A DNA stretch of 64,000 nucleotides from a virus, in the IMG/VR virus record IMGVR_UViG_3300011115_000717, positions 43,929 to 107,928 of that record; one strand, given 5' to 3'. Positions 40,948 to 50,103 of the stretch are shown in pieces. Every line of letters starts with the position of its first letter. Position 1 is the first letter of the stretch. The position numbers and the translations under genes were made by a program. The notes beneath the pieces were generated by a model. The model was not told the origin of the DNA, searched no databases, and worked only from the letters and a program-made list of their open reading frames with translations.

Positions 40948-40992
40948 ATAAATCCTTTATATAAAACTTTTAAAAACTAACAACTCTGTCTA

Positions 40993-41325
40993 TTATTTAT
41001 CTTGTGCAGCAAGCTTACATTCCAAATCAACAAGACGATCTAATAGTTCAGATAATGTATCACTGTCAAAAGTTTGTAATTTTTCTTCGAGTGATACAAT
41101 TTTATTTTCAAGATTTTGAATTTTAGTAGTAAATTCTTTGCATTTATCGTGAAAATATTGTATAGCGTGTTTATTATAATGATCTGGGTCAAGACCTTGT
41201 TTGTAATAATTATATTTGTCAGAAGTTTTGGCGACATATGAATTTGTCATTATCTTCTTTACGATTTCTTTGGCTTCTGTGTCTTCTATTACCAAATCAT
41301 TAATTGTAAGGTCAGTCTCGTTCAT
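40993..41325 (-). CDS. Coiled-coil hypothetical protein, leaderless
   Basis: TTGACA-16nt-TATAAT (41360-41333), 7 nt before ATG. Confidence 0.7.
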   Translation of the reverse strand: MNETDLTINDLVIEDTEAKEIVKKIMTNSYVAKTSDKYNYYKQGLDPDHYNKHAIQYFHDKCKEFTTKIQNLENKIVSLEEKLQTFDSDTLSELLDRLVDLECKLAAQDK

Positions 41326-41363
41326 ATGTTATATTATACACGATATATTATAGGTGTCAATAA

Positions 41364-41389
41364 CAAAGCCCTGCTTTCACAGGGCTTTG
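41364..41389 (-). terminator. Hairpin closing the tmRNA coding piece
   Basis: CAAAGCCCTG-loop-CAGGGCTTTG 10-bp stem. Confidence 0.7.
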
Positions 41390-41685
41390 GGTCGATTCAG
41401 ATGCGGGAGACCAAACCCCACTGCTTTAAGCAGCCATTGCTAATTGGTTAGCAATCATGGTTTGCAACTGTTTATTTGCGTTTCTTGTTACCCGAAACGG
41501 ACATCTCCTTCATCACTACTACTTGCCAATCGATACCTTAACGGGCCCTTAAGAAATGCCCCACTGCGGCGAGGACTTGGTTCGGCTTATCAGAAGTCGC
41601 AGAACATTCTGAATACACCTAATGGACCCGAGGGGAGTCGAACCCCTGTGTTGTGCAACTCTCGTTCCGATATCAACAATGTCAA
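41364..41685 (-). ncRNA. ssrA: Circularly permuted two-piece tmRNA; tag (A)ANQLAMAA
   Basis: On - strand the T-arm/acceptor 3' half (AGGGG-TTCGACT-CCCCT-CGGGTCC-A, ends 41623) precedes the 5' half (GGGCCCG-TTAAGGTATCGA, starts 41548); G3:U pair; pk1; tag frame 41452-41426. Confidence 0.9.
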
Positions 41686-41768
41686 TGCAAGAGGAGGGAT
41701 TCGAACCTTCGTAGAAATAAATCATCACATTTACAGTGTGACCTCGTTGACCGCTTGAGTACTCTTGC
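41686..41768 (-). tRNA. tRNA-Tyr(GTA)
   Basis: Acceptor GCAAGAG/CTCTTGC-A, TCACA-CTGTAAA-TGTGA, long variable region, GGTTCGAATCC. Confidence 0.9.
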
Positions 41769-41772
41769 TTAA

Positions 41773-42063
41773 TTATTTAACAGTAATTTTAACTATGGCG
41801 TAATTCTTTTTATCTGATTCAACAAACATCAAAGAATCAATAATTCTATTGTCGGGAATAGATGCTTCTCTTGCTGACATACCAACTTCAAGATATGGTC
41901 CACCTTCAAAGTCAACCATAGTATTATCCGTAGTTCCTCGTGTAAACAAGGTTTCACCTTCAAGAAGGTAAGTGTAGCTATTCACCTTTCGAATTATTCT
42001 TTCGACGTGATAACGGCTTATGCTTCTTGCTATTACTGGATTTTCTTTTTGTGGCTTTAACAT
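41773..42063 (-). CDS. Hypothetical protein (paralog of 20059-20361)
   Basis: SRY..ER...Y.LEGETLFTR...DFEGGP. Confidence 0.7.
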   Translation of the reverse strand: MLKPQKENPVIARSISRYHVERIIRKVNSYTYLLEGETLFTRGTTDNTMVDFEGGPYLEVGMSAREASIPDNRIIDSLMFVESDKKNYAIVKITVK

Positions 42064-42157
42064 CTTTTTTAAAAATTTCATCCCAATTTTTACACCAGGA
42101 TGCATAATTCACATGTCGATATGAATCGCCTTTACCTGCACCATGGGTTCCTTCCAT
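41978..42157 (-). CDS. Small basic protein GKGD..R...NWD.IF family (59 aa, not in ORF track), leaderless
   Basis: TTGACT-16nt-TATAAT (42192-42165); MEGTHGAGKGDSYRHVNYASWCKNWDEIFKK. Confidence 0.7.
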   Translation of the reverse strand: MEGTHGAGKGDSYRHVNYASWCKNWDEIFKKDVKATKRKSSNSKKHKPLSRRKNNSKGE

Positions 42158-42195
42158 GATGTATATTATATACTATAACTCTTAAAAGTCAAGAG

Positions 42196-42426
42196 TTAAT
42201 TTAATTCGTATACAGCCATAGTACCAGTATTAGTAAAGGACTTTACATATACTGGAAAAATTGAATTTCCGACACCAAGAGCCAAAACAATTGTTGTGGT
42301 TGCCCCAGTAGCATCAATACAAGTAAAAGTAATTGATCCAGCCACAGTACATGTAACTAAAACACCTTTATTTGCGGGACTGCTTACACCTGACGATAAT
42401 GCTTTAATACGGCGATATGTTCTCAT
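42196..42426 (-). CDS. Small beta-rich putative virion protein
   Basis: KGVLV...AG.I...G...FPV.VK; late operon with 42439-42828. Confidence 0.6.
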   Translation of the reverse strand: MRTYRRIKALSSGVSSPANKGVLVTCTVAGSITFTCIDATGATTTIVLALGVGNSIFPVYVKSFTNTGTMAVYELN

Positions 42427-42438
42427 TTGTTATGTTCC

Positions 42439-42828
42439 TTAAAAGAAGACGTGAATTTTACAATTAGTGCCAACTGTATGATCTGGATATGCTGGGTCAG
42501 CGGCTACAAGTAACATAGGATAAAACGTAGTAGTTATAACACCTGCATTAGATAGTAATATCGAATTATCTTCTAATATACCTATACCAGCATTTAACCC
42601 CGCAGCAGATAAATTATATGAAGGATCAAAAGTACTAATAGCTTTATGTGCTACATTTGATTCAGTCCCTGTTGGACTTAAAACTGTTAAATTTAATGTA
42701 GCTTGGTTTCCACTACCATCAATACCAGGAACAACTAAAAAACCCTTCATATTGGGTTGTGTTATTCTAGTAAGTGTTGAAAAACTATATGTCTCTACTC
42801 TACGAAAGTATGATTCTTCTTCGTTCAT
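42439..42828 (-). CDS. Hypothetical late protein
   Basis: CTAAATA on - strand at 42837-42843; RR.......KG.LV N-terminal similarity to downstream gene. Confidence 0.6.
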   Translation of the reverse strand: MNEEESYFRRVETYSFSTLTRITQPNMKGFLVVPGIDGSGNQATLNLTVLSPTGTESNVAHKAISTFDPSYNLSAAGLNAGIGILEDNSILLSNAGVITTTFYPMLLVAADPAYPDHTVGTNCKIHVFF

Positions 42829-42836
42829 TGCACTAA

Positions 42837-42855
42837 TATTTAGCGATTATAAATA
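42837..42855. promoter_or_regulatory. Back-to-back late promoters
   Basis: CTAAATA (-) and TATAAATA (+) in a 32-bp intergenic gap. Confidence 0.7.
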
Positions 42856-42860
42856 ACTTC

Positions 42861-43193
42861 ATGGATCCATTCATTAAACAATACCAAGATCAAATTAACG
42901 AACTCAATGAACAAAATTTAGAGCTTGCAGAAGCTCTTGAAATTTATGATCAAATTTTAGAGTACATGGACCCCGTGTCTGATGCGATGTTAATCAACGA
43001 GGCGAATGACGAGAAACATAAATTTAAAGCCAAATCTAAGAAAAATGCTAAGATGGAAGAGGCTTTAAAGGATAAGAAAAAAAATCCTGTTGATTCAGAC
43101 AAACTCGAAAAGGCATCTAAGAAGAGTGGCAAAGTTGGTCGCAGAGCCAAACTCGCTCAGATGCTGAAGAACTTCTCTAAGAACAAAAAGTAA
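42861..43193 (+). CDS. Late protein, acidic N-terminal coil and basic C-terminus
   Basis: LINEA site; KLEKA.KK.GK.G.RA.LAQ.LK basic module. Confidence 0.7.
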   Translation: MDPFIKQYQDQINELNEQNLELAEALEIYDQILEYMDPVSDAMLINEANDEKHKFKAKSKKNAKMEEALKDKKKNPVDSDKLEKASKKSGKVGRRAKLAQMLKNFSKNKK

Positions 43194-43203
43194 TATAACA
43201 ACA

Positions 43204-43223
43204 AGGCCCCGTAAGGGGCCTTG
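43204..43223. terminator. Hairpin between convergent genes
   Basis: AAGGCCCC-GTAA-GGGGCCTT. Confidence 0.75.
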
Positions 43224-43228
43224 AGTGT

Positions 43229-43435
43229 TTAAGAGACGTTGGCGATTGCTCGGTTTATAGCCGAAGAAATTCGACACAACTCTTCTTTAGAGCCAGTAAT
43301 AAAAACAACGTTCTTTCCTTCACCTTCAATAACCAAGTCAAACATGGTTTTATTGTCGTATGAAGGTTTCACTGAAACAATAAAAAGTTCTTCTGTGGTG
43401 TGAATTGCACTGCAAGTAGTAATAGTATTAGCCAT
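43229..43435 (-). CDS. Hypothetical protein
   Basis: ORF with AGGA upstream. Confidence 0.5.
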   Translation of the reverse strand: MANTITTCSAIHTTEELFIVSVKPSYDNKTMFDLVIEGEGKNVVFITGSKEELCRISSAINRAIANVS

Positions 43436-43503
43436 TGGGAATTTTCCTAGAGTCAAGAAACATAACAAAGTAAAACCGAACGATAAACGAAAGTTTGTTA
43501 AAT

Positions 43504-43752
43504 TTATTTTTTATTGTTTTTATCATTGTGTGTAAGCCATGCTTGTGACTCCCAAAATTTTTCAAGAGGCAGTTGTTTGTCATTTGGGCTATTGTGCCAT
43601 ATGCACCGCATTATACCCCCTACATCACATAATACCATGGCACACCAATCATCACAGTATCCATATTTGTTGATTTGTACCTGTAAATTATGTTTAGAAA
43701 CTTCCGTTTTAAAAGTTTCATACATTGGCGGAATTGTCTTTTTTCTTGCCAT
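43504..43752 (-). CDS. Hypothetical protein, leaderless
   Basis: TTGACA-16nt-TATAAT (43787-43760), 7 nt before ATG. Confidence 0.7.
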   Translation of the reverse strand: MARKKTIPPMYETFKTEVSKHNLQVQINKYGYCDDWCAMVLCDVGGIMRCIWHNSPNDKQLPLEKFWESQAWLTHNDKNNKK

Positions 43753-43818
43753 AATGCATATTATAACAGAATTCTTCTATGTGTCAATACACTAAATAAT
43801 CATAAAGAGGACCACTTC

Positions 43819-46356
43819 ATGGACCATATGGCGAAATATTATAAGAATCTATCTGAGAACCTTTTAAACCAAAGAGATAATTTGGTTAGATTGTTAAATG
43901 AGAAAAGTGCTAGAACCAAAAAACAGTCCACAGAAACTGACGATCAGTTTAGGGAGCGTGTGTGGAATGATCCTGGCTCGGGGTTAAGTAAATTTGACGT
44001 AGATCCAAGATATGGTACCTATGATGCTCCCACAAATCCATCTGAGCCAGGTCCCAATGACCTAATAGATCCACCATCAGAGAACTACTCACCATACGCA
44101 AGAGCATCTGGTCAACGTGGTTTATTTAGACCAAGAACGAGTACTTCAACTCAAAGTCCAGCACCAATTCAAAGTGCACCTGTTCAAAATTATAATAGTC
44201 CAGTTATCCCACCACTATTAAACCAACCAGATTTGTTGACTCCAAATGGTCCAGAACCAATTCAACCACAACAACCACCACCTAATTACGTTACCAAACC
44301 TGATCCAAATGAAGTTCCTGGTTTGATTGGACTAGGTGAACCAGGTTCACCTGGTGTAGCTCCACTCCCACAAGATCCTAGAGATCTTCCAACATCACCA
44401 CCACCACCACCAGAAGACCGTAGTGCAGACTCTAGAGAAAATAATAGAGGCAAAGCACCTATTGCTCCAAATACGGAACAAGGTGATTATGAATCTGCAA
44501 GACGAGCTTATTACACAAAAAGAAATCAACAAACAAGAGATGAAGCAGCAGAAAATCTTGCACGAATGGGTGCACTTAACCCAAGCTCAAGTGCATCAAC
44601 AAATGCAGCTAGAGCTGTAAGTCAATTACGTTCTCAGAGAGCACTGAAGCAAGGTAATGATAAATTTAATCAAGCTGACATTGACAGAATGGTAAAGAGT
44701 GATTCAAAAGAACGCTTTATGAGTCAAGCAGATAAAGATGCACGAAAAGCCAGAGATGCATCAGCTGTTGCTGGATTAGAAAAAGCCGGACACGAGAAGA
44801 TGGGGCATACTCAAAACGCAAGAGGCGAATGGGTTGATGCACAAGGAAAGCCTGCTTCGCTTGCCACAACAATTGACAGATTGGGACCAGATACAATAAT
44901 TCAAGGAACGAGTATGACTCGTGGTGAATTTGAAAGACAAACTGGTCGTAAGTATAATGCATTAAACAAAGAAGACAGCACCCTGGTAAGTAGACTTGCA
45001 GGAGCTGGAAGATATGGTTCAGAAGCAGCAAGACAGGGAGCTCTTAGTTCTGATGCAATGAATCAAAAATATGGTGAAATAAATACCGATTGGGCAAAAA
45101 GAATTGGACAAAGTACACGAGACGTTGATGCAGCACAAATTGAGTTAGATCGTTTTAAAAATGATTCAAAATATCGTGAAAGCCAAAGAAATTTGGATTC
45201 AAAAGGTAATCCAATTAGGACTCCAGAACTTGAAGCTCAAATTGCTGCTGAAACAGAACGAGATGTTCAAGGTATTAAACAGAAACGTGCTACAGCTGGC
45301 ACAAATGCTAGGGTCAATCAAGCAGCAGAAGTCAATGCAGCTTTAAGAGCACAAGAACGTCTAGATGCAACACCAGCAGAAGTAGCTAAAAGAGCAGCTG
45401 CTGCAAAACGACAAGAAGCATTGGATGACAAAAATGCAAGAATTCAAAGTGGCAATGAACCAGGATTATCTGATACAGCAGCTGGACCAGCGGCTCCAGG
45501 TTTTCAAGAACTTGCTGCTGATAAACAAAGAGAGACTATATACAAAGAAAAAGAACTGGCTAAAGAAATGGAACAGCTTGGGTTGGATTCAAATGGCAAC
45601 CCTAAACCAACAACAGGTGGTCAGGTTACAAAAGCTGCAGCCAATATGACAACTGCTCCAGCTGCAGAACCTATTGCTTCGAGACAACAACCAATTGCTT
45701 CAGTACAGCAATCTGTAAGTACTGGTGGAATGAATCAACCGATGGATATTAATGATTTTCCAGAGGAAGAAAAACCACAGACAACACTACCACCTGTGAG
45801 TGGTGGTCAAGTTACAAATGCTGCCGCAAACATGACAACACAACCAGCAAAACCAACTCCAGCTGGAGCGAATAGTGCTGTTGGTCAACCACAGTTACAA
45901 ACAAGACAGGCAGCACCACCACCGGCATCAGCTCCGACATCTGTTGGACCACCAAGTTCTACAGGAACTCGGAATACAACTCCAGCAACGCAACCTACTA
46001 CAAGCCCTGTAAGTGGTAATCCTAACCCAGTGAAACCAACTGTCGCCCCTGCACGTAATGCAACAATCCCACAACCTACTGCAACACCAGCTCGACCACC
46101 CGTTCCGGCTGCACCACCAGTAGCAGTTGGGTCATCAGTAACAGCAAAAGCAGCAACAATGACTACCAAACCACAATTGGCTAGTGCTGGTGCTCCAATT
46201 GATCCACAACAAACAGGTGGACCAACTGCACAAAATCGAGGAATTCCAATTCCATCAGCCAATCCAATGGCTGATGCACAAGCAGGACCTCTGGGTGCCC
46301 CACTGAAGAAGAAACTAGTAACCACTACTGGTAGAACCCCTAACATGAGAGCTTAA
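43819..46356 (+). CDS. Large P/Q/A/T-rich late protein, candidate internal head protein
   Basis: CTAAATA plus GAGG RBS; MDHMAKYYKNLSENL...LLNE; repeated GGQVT.AAANMTT. Confidence 0.75.
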   Translation: MDHMAKYYKNLSENLLNQRDNLVRLLNEKSARTKKQSTETDDQFRERVWNDPGSGLSKFDVDPRYGTYDAPTNPSEPGPNDLIDPPSENYSPYARASGQRGLFRPRTSTSTQSPAPIQSAPVQNYNSPVIPPLLNQPDLLTPNGPEPIQPQQPPPNYVTKPDPNEVPGLIGLGEPGSPGVAPLPQDPRDLPTSPPPPPEDRSADSRENNRGKAPIAPNTEQGDYESARRAYYTKRNQQTRDEAAENLARMGALNPSSSASTNAARAVSQLRSQRALKQGNDKFNQADIDRMVKSDSKERFMSQADKDARKARDASAVAGLEKAGHEKMGHTQNARGEWVDAQGKPASLATTIDRLGPDTIIQGTSMTRGEFERQTGRKYNALNKEDSTLVSRLAGAGRYGSEAARQGALSSDAMNQKYGEINTDWAKRIGQSTRDVDAAQIELDRFKNDSKYRESQRNLDSKGNPIRTPELEAQIAAETERDVQGIKQKRATAGTNARVNQAAEVNAALRAQERLDATPAEVAKRAAAAKRQEALDDKNARIQSGNEPGLSDTAAGPAAPGFQELAADKQRETIYKEKELAKEMEQLGLDSNGNPKPTTGGQVTKAAANMTTAPAAEPIASRQQPIASVQQSVSTGGMNQPMDINDFPEEEKPQTTLPPVSGGQVTNAAANMTTQPAKPTPAGANSAVGQPQLQTRQAAPPPASAPTSVGPPSSTGTRNTTPATQPTTSPVSGNPNPVKPTVAPARNATIPQPTATPARPPVPAAPPVAVGSSVTAKAATMTTKPQLASAGAPIDPQQTGGPTAQNRGIPIPSANPMADAQAGPLGAPLKKKLVTTTGRTPNMRA

Positions 46357-46886
46357 TGAGTAAATATTTAAAATACTTTACAGAAACTAATGATCCAGGA
46401 AAAGAACCGAGTGTCTATCCAGGGGTAGATACGATTGACAGTGGTATTCCTGGTATGGGTGGATCCAATGTTTTTACGGATATCGTTGTTCGTAATCCAG
46501 CAGGAAAAGGTATTTCACCAACATCAACGACAGTAAAAAAACCTAGCTTTGGATTGGGTTTTGATCTCAGCCCATCTCTTGCTGTACAGGTTATGAATGT
46601 TATGCGTGCCCATGGTGATAAAGAAGCTAAAACTCGACTTGGGTTGAATGGTGATACTAATGATACAGAAAACCAATCTGATGAATTTGCTACCTGGCAA
46701 GATGTAAATCAGGCTATTGGAAACTACGTCAGAACGAGAGTAAATACTGATCTAAAACCCTATAAATTAGGGGCAGTTCCACTAAATCCAGTATCTGAAT
46801 ATGATGGTTTAAACACAACAAAAATGGGACTTATTGCTACCAAAAAAACAAAAGCAAAAGTAAAAATTAATCCTGCTAAATACTAA
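46356..46886 (+). CDS. Late hypothetical protein
   Basis: MSKYLKYFTE; TWQDVNQAIGNYV shared with 50104-50361. Confidence 0.7.
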   Translation: MSKYLKYFTETNDPGKEPSVYPGVDTIDSGIPGMGGSNVFTDIVVRNPAGKGISPTSTTVKKPSFGLGFDLSPSLAVQVMNVMRAHGDKEAKTRLGLNGDTNDTENQSDEFATWQDVNQAIGNYVRTRVNTDLKPYKLGAVPLNPVSEYDGLNTTKMGLIATKKTKAKVKINPAKY

Positions 46887-46924
46887 TACTAAAGTACTAT
46901 AGACTTTACACAAAGGAAAAAATA

Positions 46925-47512
46925 ATGAATTATCTGACACAATATTACAAAAATCGTTGTGACCAACTACAAGAACAAATTTCACAAATCAATAATGGAC
47001 TTCGTAATTTATCGGAGTACGCTGTTGCACAAGATATAGGCGTAGCCAAGCCAGGTCAATCCACCGGATCAGTTTATGGTGGTGGTGGACCTTCCGCTGA
47101 CGTTATTTCAGACTTCATGAGTCGCTGGGGTCAACCCGGTTATGATGGAGAAGGTCTGGGTCGTTTACTCGGTAGCATGGTCCAAGGTAACGATCAAACA
47201 GGCGAAGCACAAACCTCTGGTGGTAATGGTGTAGGTGCTGCTGCCCAAAGAATTATGGCTGGCAAGAACCCTGCTAGTATGTCACAAGCTGGTGGCGGAA
47301 ACGATGTTGATAAGTTCTTTGGTCAAATTGCTTCACAGGGTCAAGGTGGAAATGGTTCCGCATTCAGTGGTGCAGCTCTTGGTCAAATTCTTGCTGCTCA
47401 AGGTGGAGCCGCAGGTCAGGCATATGCAAATCAATTTGCAGCAGGTCAAGCTGGTAAGGGAATTCCACAAACCGCTGGATTCCGCCCTGGTGATAAACGC
47501 AGACGCGTCTGA
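46925..47512 (+). CDS. Gly-rich late protein
   Basis: MNYLTQYYKNRCDQLQEQ...LSEY; two DV..F......G..(Y/F).G..LG.(L/I)L repeats. Confidence 0.7.
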   Translation: MNYLTQYYKNRCDQLQEQISQINNGLRNLSEYAVAQDIGVAKPGQSTGSVYGGGGPSADVISDFMSRWGQPGYDGEGLGRLLGSMVQGNDQTGEAQTSGGNGVGAAAQRIMAGKNPASMSQAGGGNDVDKFFGQIASQGQGGNGSAFSGAALGQILAAQGGAAGQAYANQFAAGQAGKGIPQTAGFRPGDKRRRV

Positions 47513-47698
47513 TCACAAAAACAATTTAGTTTTACTTTTGAAGAGCTCATCAAAAATCTTGGTGAGCTCTTCTCTTTTTTTGCAACATTGGTTATACTCT
47601 TTTAACGTTTCTTTTCCATCAGTTTCAAGCCTACCAAGTTTATACATGACAGAACCAAATTCATAAATTTGTTCTTCAAGTTCTTTGTTTGACATCAT
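47513..47698 (-). CDS. Hypothetical protein, leaderless
   Basis: TATAAT 6 nt upstream of ATG. Confidence 0.6.
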   Translation of the reverse strand: MMSNKELEEQIYEFGSVMYKLGRLETDGKETLKEYNQCCKKREELTKIFDELFKSKTKLFL

Positions 47699-47749
47699 AT
47701 GTGTATTATACCCCAGAATTACCTTTAATCCAACAGAATAAATAGATAT

Positions 47750-50071
47750 ATGAGTGACCATGTTAATAAGAATTTTATATCCAGTATAACTGGTAAGCAT
47801 CTATTGACTGAATCAGATAAACGTTTAATTCTTAAAAAAGAAAAAGAAGCTGCTGAAATTTTACGTCTTCAACAAGTAAAACTTCAAGAGGAATCAAATA
47901 AACAAAGATTCATAGCAGCTCATTATGAAAAATTAAGAAATCCTTATATTCCATCATTAAATAAAAATTTTGCAAAATCTTTAAATGCATCTTTAGGAAG
48001 GCATTTTTCTAGATTACCTAAGCATCTACATGAACAAGTATCTGATCCTTCAGAGTGGATTCCACACACTACTCCTGTTGGGATATTTTATGTAAATAAA
48101 ACTACTGGTGAATGGATGAATTCTTTTGGTCATGTAGCACACAGTTTAGAAGATTTATTACATGCTACTGGTGAAGACATGCACTCTGATGTATCTCAAA
48201 GATCTACATCATCAGATATTATTCCAGATACAATATTACCAGAACCAACTTCTGCTTTAGATTATGCTGTATGGGCAACCACATTTGTAAATAGCCCAAC
48301 ATGGCAAACAGATACTAATTTTGCTGTAGTTCCGATGATTGCATTGAGTGGAAATAATAACAATGGTTTTAGATTAGCAAATGAACAAAATGCATCTAGT
48401 GTTGATTTGGCTTCATTAGTTGGTCAAATAACATTAGTTCCAGATACTCGTAGAGTTGTAAGTGTTTATTATCTGTGGGATGAAATGAGTTCATGGACGA
48501 TTGATAAACACAATTATTATAAACAAACTGCAGATGGATTTACTTATTCTAATGGTCGATTTTTAAACCCATGGACTGATGTTCAATATGAAGATGTAAA
48601 ACAAGCAGTTGTTTCTGTGTTAAATTATGCAAATACACAGAATGTTAATATTAATTATTTTTGTGATGACCATGAAACTACCGATCCTTTATATGGATTA
48701 CAGGGATACAATACTGGATATGGTTTAGTTAAACCAACTGATTTTGATGTTTCTGGTAACCCAATTCGTAATTTTCCATCAAGTGGTGGATGGACTTTAG
48801 ATGCCAGAATTATTCCAGCTTACATGCATGATCCAAGATTTAATGATTTTATAAACCCACAAAATAATAAATCCGTTGCCGAAGCTTTCTTAGATTACTA
48901 TAAAACATTTACTGTTCAACCTGGTTTGTCTGCAACAGCCGAACAAGTATTACAATTATGGTATGGTATAACACATCCAGGAGATTTTGAAATTGCTGGT
49001 CTTGACTATTATAGACAGTTTAGTTTTTTTGGTCCCAGTGGTCCAAAATCCCAAGCTGTAAAAACTGACGAAATCTATATTCGTGCTGCCATAGATGGTG
49101 CATTACATGAATTGGTAAATGGATATTATTCTACACGAGCGTTTACAGAAGCATTTGCTTCAATTCCTCGTTTTCAAAATAGTATTTATTCAAATTATGA
49201 AAATTATCCAATTGATGAAATCGAAGGGGAATATGCAAGAGACTCCAATGACAATGTATTTTTAAATCCTACATTTACAGCATGTAGTGGAGGCAAAGGT
49301 TTTTATGGTAATAATGGTAATATAATATGGAACTCTGGTGATAAAAATTATATATCTGGTTACATATCAAACCCAACAACAGACAGAGAACGATATAGTT
49401 GGTGTGGACACAATCAACTGACATATACTGGACCTGGTACTCTTGTTCGATATGCTAATGATAATAGTGATCCATTATGGGGTTCAAAAGTAGCACACAA
49501 ACAATTTATAGATGATGTAAAATGGGTGCGACATATGTTTAGAACAGATCCATCTTTTTGGCAAACACATACACCGTGGTTTGGTCCAGGGATGGGTTAT
49601 AGTACAAACAACAGTGGTAGATATTGGTATGAATTTTTCTATCATACAGTTCTCCATGGAGTTTTGTATACCATATTATTCCAGTATCCATATAGTGCAT
49701 TTTATACACTAAGACTTCAAGCTGCATTAGATGCATGGCGTGTAATAAGCAATGATTCAAAAGCTAGAGCATGTTCTAATAGTACAGGTGATATAAATTC
49801 TGTTGTAGATAGACTTGTATTGGCTGATGCCGTTCAAGGTATTGTGAAAAGTGGTGGAAAATTATTAAAATCAAATAAGTATCTTTGGAGGTTGACTGCA
49901 TCACATGCTCATGTTCGTACTAATAATACAATTGTATTCCAACGAGTAGGATCAGATTCTGATATTCCTGCACAAGTAATAGTTGACTGTAGCGATCAAA
50001 TGAATGGATATGGTATGTGGATAAAACGTAATATTTCCACTCCACCACAATACGTCATTGTACCAGAATAA
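47750..50071 (+). CDS. Large late protein, aromatic-rich globular region (possible glycan-active enzyme)
   Basis: ATAAATA upstream; basic N-terminus with LTE/LHE sites, then W/Y/D/N-rich domain. Confidence 0.7.
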   Translation: MSDHVNKNFISSITGKHLLTESDKRLILKKEKEAAEILRLQQVKLQEESNKQRFIAAHYEKLRNPYIPSLNKNFAKSLNASLGRHFSRLPKHLHEQVSDPSEWIPHTTPVGIFYVNKTTGEWMNSFGHVAHSLEDLLHATGEDMHSDVSQRSTSSDIIPDTILPEPTSALDYAVWATTFVNSPTWQTDTNFAVVPMIALSGNNNNGFRLANEQNASSVDLASLVGQITLVPDTRRVVSVYYLWDEMSSWTIDKHNYYKQTADGFTYSNGRFLNPWTDVQYEDVKQAVVSVLNYANTQNVNINYFCDDHETTDPLYGLQGYNTGYGLVKPTDFDVSGNPIRNFPSSGGWTLDARIIPAYMHDPRFNDFINPQNNKSVAEAFLDYYKTFTVQPGLSATAEQVLQLWYGITHPGDFEIAGLDYYRQFSFFGPSGPKSQAVKTDEIYIRAAIDGALHELVNGYYSTRAFTEAFASIPRFQNSIYSNYENYPIDEIEGEYARDSNDNVFLNPTFTACSGGKGFYGNNGNIIWNSGDKNYISGYISNPTTDRERYSWCGHNQLTYTGPGTLVRYANDNSDPLWGSKVAHKQFIDDVKWVRHMFRTDPSFWQTHTPWFGPGMGYSTNNSGRYWYEFFYHTVLHGVLYTILFQYPYSAFYTLRLQAALDAWRVISNDSKARACSNSTGDINSVVDRLVLADAVQGIVKSGGKLLKSNKYLWRLTASHAHVRTNNTIVFQRVGSDSDIPAQVIVDCSDQMNGYGMWIKRNISTPPQYVIVPE

Positions 50072-50103
50072 AGTATAACGATAAATAAGAAGGAATCAAA
50101 ATT

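Noticed and set aside
41453-41479. Longer tmRNA tag starting ANKQLQTMI
   Set aside because: Those codons overlap pk1; spacing after pk1 favours resumption at 41452
41549-41622. Hammerhead or HDV/theta ribozyme in the tmRNA intervening segment (CTGATAA...GAA, TCCTCGC)
   Set aside because: Required stem II or P1/P3 helices could not be formed by eye
41444-41758. 104-aa + strand ORF
   Set aside because: Antisense to tmRNA and tRNA-Tyr
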